From positions 1-6,239 of the forward strand of contig JAQTTP010000013.1 in the NCBI GenBank assembly GCA_028710695.1: DNA of 6,239 bases. The letters are read 5' to 3'. Positions 1 to 5,726 of the stretch are shown piece after piece. The notes beneath the pieces are model-generated. The model was not told the DNA's origin and ran no database searches. It saw only the letters and a program-made list of their open reading frames with translations. The DNA is from Candidatus Iainarchaeum sp. GTDB lineage: Archaea; Iainarchaeota; Iainarchaeia; Iainarchaeales; 0-14-0-20-30-16. The first letter of the stretch is position 1; the number at the start of each line of letters is the position of its first letter. The position numbers and the translations under genes were made by a program.

Positions 1-661
1 TTCTTTGTTTATACCCATTTTCCGTCAACTTAGAAGAATTACCTAATGTTGGAAGAACTTTTTCAAACCTATCAAATTCTGAGTCGATTCGATTTTGAAA
101 CGCTTCTTCGCGTTCTTGTTTAAGTTTCTGCGATTCTGTCGCAATAGCCTTACCCTGTTCGTTGATACGTCTTACAATTTCGTCAAGACCACTTTTAAGT
201 TTTTCATCAACTAAATCAGGGTCGATTTCAATCTTTAGCTCTTTAAACTCATCTTTTTGCTCAGTTTTCTTATCATCTTTTTTAACAGGTTTGTCATTTT
301 TCTTTTCTAAATCAAGTTCTTCTTTAATTGCTGCTATAAGTTCTGGTGATTCTTCTAAAATTTTGTCTATAGTTTCTTGTTTTAAACCATATTCATTTAA
401 AATTTCAAGAACTTCATCATCTATTTTTTCTTCATCTGCGTCTATATCTGCATCTGTATCTTGAATTTCCTCGTCTTCATTATCTATATTACTTTCATCT
501 TTTTTAGTATCATTCTCTTTTTCAGTTTCTTGTTCTGTAGACAAAATTTCGTCCATTTTGTTTGAGAATTGTTCTTGTGATGAAAGTTTCACCTCTTCTT
601 TTGTAGAATCAGTTTGTTCTGTTTTATCAGTTTGTTCAGTATTTTCTGTTTCTTTTTCCAT
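1..661 (-). CDS. Hyper-acidic, predicted helical protein, 3'-partial (continues past the left edge); candidate capsid scaffolding protein
   Basis: Hand translation of the reverse complement from ATG 661..659 gives 220 sense codons with no stop down to position 2: MEKETENTEQTDKTEQTDSTKEEVKLSSQEQFSNKMDEILSTEQETEKENDTKKDESNIDNEDEEIQDTDADIDADEEKIDDEVLEILNEYGLKQETIDKILEESPELIAAIKEELDLEKKNDKPVKKDDKKTEQKDEFKELKIEIDPDLVDEKLKSGLDEIVRRINEQGKAIATESQKLKQEREEAFQNRIDSEFDRFEKVLPTLGNSSKLTENGYKQR... An AAGGAA Shine-Dalgarno box lies at 674..669, 7 nt before the ATG. The protein is D/E/K-rich with no Cys, Trp or His. It lies downstream of the portal, as scaffolds do in P22 (gp1 then gp8) and T7 (gp8 then acidic gp9). 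The ORF is well supported; the scaffold function is inferred from position and composition only. Confidence 0.6.
   Translation of the reverse strand, partial: MEKETENTEQTDKTEQTDSTKEEVKLSSQEQFSNKMDEILSTEQETEKENDTKKDESNIDNEDEEIQDTDADIDADEEKIDDEVLEILNEYGLKQETIDKILEESPELIAAIKEELDLEKKNDKPVKKDDKKTEQKDEFKELKIEIDPDLVDEKLKSGLDEIVRRINEQGKAIATESQKLKQEREEAFQNRIDSEFDRFEKVLPTLGNSSKLTENGYKQR
605..640 (-). repeat. Imperfect 18-nt tandem duplication inside the acidic ORF (encodes TEQTDK / TEQTDS)
   Basis: Minus-strand units are actgaacaaactgataaa (640..623) and acagaacaaactgattct (622..605). They are identical at 14 of 18 positions, in frame, at codons 8-19 of the ORF. Confidence 0.7.
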
Positions 662-671
662 GTATAAGTTC

Positions 672-701
672 CTTATATTATTTATTCAGTATCATTGTCA
701 A
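672..701 (-). promoter_or_regulatory. Candidate sigma70-like promoter in the only intergenic gap, upstream of the acidic ORF
   Basis: The minus strand reads TTGACA (701..696, a perfect -35 consensus), then an 18-nt spacer, then TATAAG (677..672, 5/6 match to TATAAT). Caveat: this -10 box overlaps the AAGGAA Shine-Dalgarno box (674..669). A transcript from it would lack the SD, and AT-rich DNA produces -10-like hexamers by chance. Confidence 0.3.
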
Positions 702-709
702 TATAAAAA

Positions 710-1024
710 TTAATCTAATTCTGTTAATCCTCTACGTTTTGCTTCATATATCTTATGTTTTCTGTTATTAATTCTTAGTTGTCCTTTAGAATTATATACA
801 GAACCTGGAAACATTCTTTCTGCTTCCTTAATTTGTCTTGGATTAACTCCCATTGTGTTTGAGTATCTTTCATTATTTACTAAATCAGTATTTACTCTTG
901 ATACTATTTTTTTAGTATCTCCACCACATTTTTTACACAAAAGTTCATTATTAACATTTGTATCAATTTGAAATTCTTCTGTAATCTGTCCACATTTATT
1001 ACATTTGTATTCATATATAGGCAT
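710..1024 (-). CDS. FmdB-family (CxxC_CxxC_SSSS type) zinc-ribbon protein with a basic C-terminal tail; function unknown
   Basis: ORF track, 104 aa. The N-terminus MPIYEYKCNKCGQITEEF...LLCKKCGGDTKKIVSRV matches the characteristic MPIYEY-x-C-x2-CG ... C-x2-CG opening of the FmdB putative-regulatory zinc-ribbon family (Cys8, Cys11, Cys30, Cys33; nt 926..1003). The C-terminus is basic (RINNRKHKIYEAKRRG). ATG is at 1024..1022, 2 nt after the upstream TAA, and a TAAGG box at 1036..1032 lies 7 nt upstream. Confidence 0.8.
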   Translation of the reverse strand: MPIYEYKCNKCGQITEEFQIDTNVNNELLCKKCGGDTKKIVSRVNTDLVNNERYSNTMGVNPRQIKEAERMFPGSVYNSKGQLRINNRKHKIYEAKRRGLTELD

Positions 1025-1026
1025 TA

Positions 1027-1428
1027 TTAAGCCTTACCAAGTATTAAATAACTAAATGCGTCTGTTACAGCCGAGGCATCTATTTTTAATCCTAAATTAG
1101 ATAAAGGATTTATAGGTAAAAAACAACATTCCCCTTCTGCAAGTACAAAATCCGCTGTTGCAGAAGTAAAAGTGTCTGTGCCTGCTGTATTTACAATTAT
1201 ATATATACTACCTGCTTGAGCTTTTATATATACGCCATATATTTTATCAAGTGCTATCTTTGTTGTATCTGAAAATAGTTGTATTGCTGTTGTAGTAGCA
1301 GTAGATACAATTGTATAACCTTTTAATATTTCTACAGGTATGGTCAATGTTTGTAATTGTGTAACTTCAACATCATCACCAAGCCCTGTAACTTTTAATT
1401 TTATAGTTAAATCTGCTTGTCCTGCCAT
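1027..1428 (-). CDS. Hypothetical beta-rich protein (133 aa), probably virion- or assembly-associated; no family recognised
   Basis: ORF track. ATG 1428..1426 lies 1 nt after the portal TAA (TAATATG), and a GAAGGA Shine-Dalgarno box at 1441..1436 lies 7 nt upstream. The sequence is rich in T, V, I, A and G with alternating hydrophobic patterns (LTIKLKVTG, GVYIKAQAGSIYIIVNT, FVLAEGECCFLPI, SYLILGKA), which suggests a beta-sandwich or jelly-roll fold. I recognise no motif. The structural role is inferred from position alone. Confidence 0.55.
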   Translation of the reverse strand: MAGQADLTIKLKVTGLGDDVEVTQLQTLTIPVEILKGYTIVSTATTTAIQLFSDTTKIALDKIYGVYIKAQAGSIYIIVNTAGTDTFTSATADFVLAEGECCFLPINPLSNLGLKIDASAVTDAFSYLILGKA

Positions 1429-1429
1429 A

Positions 1430-3199
1430 TTAGTATCCTTCGTTTTGGGATTTATTTTGTGAGTTTAATTGAGCTAATTTATTATTTTGATTATCTGCTT
1501 CTGAAGCTCCAAATCTTTGGTCAGAAGATTTAGTCTTTGTAGACATTTGCTGTTGTCCATTCCCTTGTCCCATTGGTTGATATGAACCCATTAGATTCAT
1601 TTGTTGATTTTGAGGATTTTCTGTCAAAAACCAAGAATCTGTTTCTATGTCCATATATGTTGAAAGTTCTTTAGTTATAGCTGGTACATTTAATTGTTGT
1701 CCTTGTTGTGCTGCCATAGGAGCAGTAGGTAAAATCCATCCAGTTAATATTTGCATCATACGTTGAAGTTTTTGTTCTGGAGACATTTTCTGCATACTAT
1801 ACATTTGAATATCAAGATAGAAATCAGTAAATCTACCTTCTTGTTCTAACTGATTGTATAATTTTGGTATTTGTATTCCTCCTGGAAGTTCACGAATAGT
1901 TTTAATTTGCATTGTAGGATTATTCCATAATTCAAATGCAAGTTTTTCTGCTATACTTGAAGCAAATTTATGTACAGATTGTGCCATATCATTAAGTGTT
2001 CTTGAAGCATTTGACATCATTAACTCTTCTTGACCAAGAGTTTTGGCTTGAGCCTTTCTTCCGCCTGTAGTATATAAATTCCCACCTTGCTCGCTATATT
2101 GATTTAAAGAAAATGCTATAAAATCATATATTTCTGGAACTACACCACCTAAAGTAAGTTCTTTAACATTGTCTGGGTTTGTAAGTAATAACATATCTCC
2201 ATCACGACAATCACGTGCTGTTTCTAAATCTTCTTTATTACCAGTTGCACCAACTCCAACTTTTTTTAGTCTTTCTGCTTGGTTTCTTGCTTTTGAGTAT
2301 AAACAATTGATTGCTGCGTCAAGTTCCATCAAAGAATAAATTGGTGGTATAGGTATTGTACTTTCAGGAAAGTTTTTATATGTAAGTACGTCATAAGGCC
2401 CGAAAACTGGGCCGTTATAATTAACTGTTCTTAATATTTTTGTTACACCTTTTTCTGGCGGTAATATTGTTATAATTACTTTTTCTTTTGGAAGCCATAA
2501 ATCTATGAATCTTGTATAATTTTTTAATTCATTATATGCAATCCTATTTGGATTTGTAACTTCTTTAGGTGCTTTGTCTCCATATAGTTTAAAATCTGGA
2601 GTAATCTTATCAGCAAACTTGCTAAATTCTTCTTTAGCTTCATCTGTTGGTATATAATATTCGTCTCCTTCAAACTCATATTGCTCGCGAGTTTTAGCAG
2701 TTATATCGAATATATAATTGCAATCAGATACAACTTCGCTAAAAGGAATGCCATATTGAGCAAAATATCCTTTAAATTTGAAAGTACCTGCTTTATCTGT
2801 AGCAGTTTTAACTATACCTTGACTAAATAAACTATTTAATACAGCAGGTCTAAGCGTTCTTGAATCAAATTTCATTTCCTTTAATAATTGATTAAGAGAC
2901 ATTTGAAATACATTTGCAAAAGGTGTAAGCGCTAAATTTATTTTAGGACTTATGATTATTTTAGGATATCCACCTACAAGATAAGGTATCCATATACTTA
3001 CAGCCCTATCTATTAAGTTTAAAGGATGTGGATCAGAAGCATGTATTTCAGATTTATAATATCCGCTTGCGTAAGCATCCAGCATTTTTATGTTTTTCTT
3101 ATCGATATTATGTTTAACTTTTTTACAGGCAGTTATCGCTCTATGCAATCTGCCGACAAGATTTAACTTTTTATTTGGTTCGTTTATAGATTCAGCCAT
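1430..3199 (-). CDS. Portal protein (head-tail connector), 589 aa
   Basis: ORF track. It lies immediately downstream of TerL with a 16-nt overlap (ATG 3199..3197; TerL stop 3186..3184). The size is typical of portals. The N-terminal segment HPLNLIDRAVSIWIPYLVGGYPKIIISPK resembles the conserved early hydrophobic segment of portal families as I recall them. The C-terminal tail is long, Q/N/M-rich and probably disordered (PQNQQMNLMGSYQPMGQGNGQQQMS...NQNNKLAQLNSQNKSQNEGY). I could not verify family membership without a profile search. Confidence 0.75.
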   Translation of the reverse strand: MAESINEPNKKLNLVGRLHRAITACKKVKHNIDKKNIKMLDAYASGYYKSEIHASDPHPLNLIDRAVSIWIPYLVGGYPKIIISPKINLALTPFANVFQMSLNQLLKEMKFDSRTLRPAVLNSLFSQGIVKTATDKAGTFKFKGYFAQYGIPFSEVVSDCNYIFDITAKTREQYEFEGDEYYIPTDEAKEEFSKFADKITPDFKLYGDKAPKEVTNPNRIAYNELKNYTRFIDLWLPKEKVIITILPPEKGVTKILRTVNYNGPVFGPYDVLTYKNFPESTIPIPPIYSLMELDAAINCLYSKARNQAERLKKVGVGATGNKEDLETARDCRDGDMLLLTNPDNVKELTLGGVVPEIYDFIAFSLNQYSEQGGNLYTTGGRKAQAKTLGQEELMMSNASRTLNDMAQSVHKFASSIAEKLAFELWNNPTMQIKTIRELPGGIQIPKLYNQLEQEGRFTDFYLDIQMYSMQKMSPEQKLQRMMQILTGWILPTAPMAAQQGQQLNVPAITKELSTYMDIETDSWFLTENPQNQQMNLMGSYQPMGQGNGQQQMSTKTKSSDQRFGASEADNQNNKLAQLNSQNKSQNEGY

Positions 3200-5175
3200 A
3201 ATTTAGTCCGATTCTTTTGTTCATTTTCATGTTGTTTTTGTCTATTTTTTCGCCATTGAATAGAACCTACAATGTTTTGCTCAAATTTTGTATGAGCTAT
3301 AAATTGGTCTTGTGCTGCAAGACAACATAGTGCATCTGCTATAACTCTGTCACCATGGGTCATTTTAGCACCACCAGAATCTTCTATACATTGAGATGGT
3401 GTAATTTGACTACCATTGAATATATAATCTTCTGCTTCACGTATAGAGTCTTGGTCATAATTAATAAATTTCTTTGCTTTTAAAGATGGATGAAAAGTTG
3501 CTGTTAAACTTGCGTTATAAGAAAGTAACAACTCAAGTTTCGTATTAGAACTATTATACCACCCTATAGTAGCCAATTTTTGTCTAAAACCTTTCTTTTC
3601 CGTAACTGTTTTAAATACCAAAGGATATCCAAGAGCTTTTATTCGTTTACCAAATACTTGTCCAATACCATTTGCTTCAAAATTAAGTAATGGTACTCCT
3701 GACATGCCACCAACCCATTGTCCTATAGCATAAACAGTATCGGCAAATGTTTCTGGTAGTGTATTTGAGTCCACCCAACAACCTACTTTTTCACGAGTAT
3801 CAACATCAAAAATTGAGCAAACCGAGTTTGATTGTCCTTGTCCTAATGATATATCACAACCTAACACGTAATTATGATTTTGTAATGGCCTTACACCACC
3901 TAATTGTCCCCACCATTTAAGTTTTCCTTTACCACCAGAAATATATCTTGAATGCGTTACTTTATTGTCATCTACATTATATAATATCTCGCCCTCAAAA
4001 TCTGGTTTTCTTATTAATTCAGTCATTTGAGTTAAAGTAGATGCTGTAAAAACCATATCACCAGCACCTATTTCATTCATATCAAGATTAGTTGCAACAT
4101 CAAGTGGTGTTCTTTCTGCTTCTTGTTTGTCATACCAAGGCGAGCGCCATTTTGGTTTATCTGCTTTGCCACCATCTGCTATAAATGATAGTTTTAAGTC
4201 TGGATAATATAAAAATAAATCAGTCATTAAATCAGAGTATTTAATTTCCTGGCCTTTTTTGTATTTATTAAATACTTCTGGTGCTAACTTCTGGTAGTAC
4301 TCAATATCTTCTAAAGCTATTTTATTTATATCTGGAGACCAATAAAGGCCATTAGCTTTAAATGGATGTAACCACCATCCAAAAGCCATTTTTACTGTAC
4401 CTGATTGAGTACCCATTCTGCTAAATGGATGTGAGCGATATTCAGAAGTACCAAGATAAATTTTACAACTTGCTGTGTCAGAAAGCGCTCTTTCTATACA
4501 AACTGCTTCTGAATGTTTAACTGCCGGAAATTCGTCACAGAATACCCAATTTCTACGTCCACCTTTACCAACGTTACCAGCAGTAGTTTCACCATCTATA
4601 ACAGAGTCATTCCATAAATTTTTAATATGACGTTCTGTTCTTTCAAAAGCCGGAGTTACCCATTCAGGAAGATTTTGAACCATATAATCAAGTTTCCAAA
4701 ACAGACAGTCTGGACTTCCTTTTTTTTCTACAAGTTCTTCTTTACGACTTATAACAAGACCAAGTGTACGTGGTCTAAATAACCATAACACTAAACCACA
4801 ACCAAGTATTATCCAAGTTCCGCCAACTTCACGAGATTTTTTAGCTTGTACTTTACCATCATGAGTCATTAAATAACTTAATTCTTCAATCTTCTTATCT
4901 TGCCAAGGCCATGTTATAAATGGTAAAACTCCATAAGGTTGAATTTCTGGGCGTGGTTGAAATGTCCATAACATTGTTTTAAATGCTATTTGAGGTTTAG
5001 CAAGGCACATTTGCACAAAGTCATTTCGCGCAAGTTTAGATGCACTTGCCAGATAACTATGTAAATCAGCCCTAAATGCGATATTTTCAACCGCTATTGC
5101 TGGAATTTCCATCAAGAAGTTGTCTGGCGAGAGACTCAATTTTCTTTCTATCTCTTTGACTTGGTTCTGCGTCAT
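3184..5175 (-). CDS. terL: Terminase large subunit (packaging ATPase plus nuclease), 663 aa
   Basis: ORF track plus motifs located by hand. (1) PWQ adenine-binding-type motif at residues 90-92. (2) Deviant Walker A AKKSREVGGT at residues 111-120 (nt 4845..4816). (3) Walker B NWVFCDEF at residues 209-216 (nt 4551..4528). (4) Candidate motif III YLGTSE at residues 240-245. (5) Nuclease acidic residues: VLGCDISLG with Asp441 (nt 3867..3841), NFEANGIG with Glu500, and HGDRVIADAL with Asp609/Asp614 (nt 3357..3328). The order and spacing fit the two-domain TerL architecture. Confidence 0.93.
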   Translation of the reverse strand: MTQNQVKEIERKLSLSPDNFLMEIPAIAVENIAFRADLHSYLASASKLARNDFVQMCLAKPQIAFKTMLWTFQPRPEIQPYGVLPFITWPWQDKKIEELSYLMTHDGKVQAKKSREVGGTWIILGCGLVLWLFRPRTLGLVISRKEELVEKKGSPDCLFWKLDYMVQNLPEWVTPAFERTERHIKNLWNDSVIDGETTAGNVGKGGRRNWVFCDEFPAVKHSEAVCIERALSDTASCKIYLGTSEYRSHPFSRMGTQSGTVKMAFGWWLHPFKANGLYWSPDINKIALEDIEYYQKLAPEVFNKYKKGQEIKYSDLMTDLFLYYPDLKLSFIADGGKADKPKWRSPWYDKQEAERTPLDVATNLDMNEIGAGDMVFTASTLTQMTELIRKPDFEGEILYNVDDNKVTHSRYISGGKGKLKWWGQLGGVRPLQNHNYVLGCDISLGQGQSNSVCSIFDVDTREKVGCWVDSNTLPETFADTVYAIGQWVGGMSGVPLLNFEANGIGQVFGKRIKALGYPLVFKTVTEKKGFRQKLATIGWYNSSNTKLELLLSYNASLTATFHPSLKAKKFINYDQDSIREAEDYIFNGSQITPSQCIEDSGGAKMTHGDRVIADALCCLAAQDQFIAHTKFEQNIVGSIQWRKNRQKQHENEQKNRTKLWLNL

Positions 5176-5725
5176 AGCTTTCAGTTTTACCGTGAATCAA
5201 TTCTTTACTTACTTTCCATAAATCTGGATATTTATTAGTTAAATACATTATAAATAATTGCGAATTTCCAGATTGATGTTTCTTTGTAACTTCTTTTCTT
5301 GTTTCAATCCACTGTCCAGTTTTAGGAACTTTGATATATATGGTTTTTTCTTCACAGTAGCTATAACCTAATGCCTGATTTAACATTTCTTGGCACAGTT
5401 TTTTTTCAAGTAACATTGCTGCTTGTGAAGTTTGTTGTTCTGTTAATGGTTTATTATCTTCTGACTTAAATATTTCATTTAAATCTATTTTTGTATCAAA
5501 TATTCCCTGTGGTATTGTAATATTGATTTTATCACCTAAAATATCTGTTGGTGTTGTTGCTACTTTTTCAGATAATTTTATCCACGCTTCTGAATTTAGA
5601 GTATTCATTTCATTACGCATTAGCGTAGAACAATCTGGACAATATAAATAGCCTTTATGTTCAGACATCTTGTCTATGGTAAATACTTTAAAACATTTTG
5701 CACATCTTTTACGTAAAGAAGCCAT
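5087..5725 (-). CDS. N-terminal zinc-ribbon protein in the small-terminase position (212 aa from the ATG); candidate non-canonical TerS
   Basis: The ORF track gives 5087..5743, but the codon at 5743..5741 is GTG and overlaps the upstream gene. The ATG at 5725..5723 lies 1 nt after the upstream TAA (TAATATG), so I prefer it. From that start the protein reads MASLRKRCAKCFKVFTIDKMSEHKGYLYCPDC, a CxxC-x17-CxxC ribbon (nt 5630..5704). It lies directly 5' of terL and overlaps it by 89 nt. The segment SQLFIMYLTNKYPDLWK loosely resembles a hydrophobic-x-x-(K/R)-x-P-x-x-W segment I recall in several small terminases. That is recollection, not a verified match. Confidence 0.45.
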   Translation of the reverse strand: MASLRKRCAKCFKVFTIDKMSEHKGYLYCPDCSTLMRNEMNTLNSEAWIKLSEKVATTPTDILGDKINITIPQGIFDTKIDLNEIFKSEDNKPLTEQQTSQAAMLLEKKLCQEMLNQALGYSYCEEKTIYIKVPKTGQWIETRKEVTKKHQSGNSQLFIMYLTNKYPDLWKVSKELIHGKTESYDAEPSQRDRKKIESLARQLLDGNSSNSG

Positions 5726-5726
5726 A

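Noticed and set aside
162-464. + strand 100-aa ORF from the supplied track (MIRLTISSRPLLSFSSTKSGSISIFSSLNSS...)
   Set aside because: It is a low-complexity Ser/Phe/Ile-rich peptide and is exactly the antisense shadow of GAA/GAT/AAA-rich codons on the minus strand. It starts at a non-ATG codon (ttg at 162-164), I noted no ribosome-binding site, and it is the only + strand ORF in a fully minus-strand operon. The minus-strand frame (1..661) is open throughout and has an ATG with an SD box.
3184-3199. 16-nt terL/portal overlap, considered as a possible programmed frameshift site
   Set aside because: I noted no slippery heptamer or downstream structure. The portal has its own ATG, and short overlaps of this kind are ordinary translational coupling in phage late operons.
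5110-5112. Alternative TerL start at Met22
   Set aside because: It has no upstream Shine-Dalgarno-like sequence and still overlaps the upstream gene by 26 nt, so it does not remove the overlap. I kept it as a caveat in the findings rather than adopting it.
5614-5627. Small inverted repeat tacgc-atta-gcgta inside the TerS-candidate gene, considered as a possible pac or terminator hairpin
   Set aside because: The stem is only 5 bp, there is no U-tract, and it lies within coding sequence (LMRNEM). This is at the level expected by chance and is not reported as a feature.
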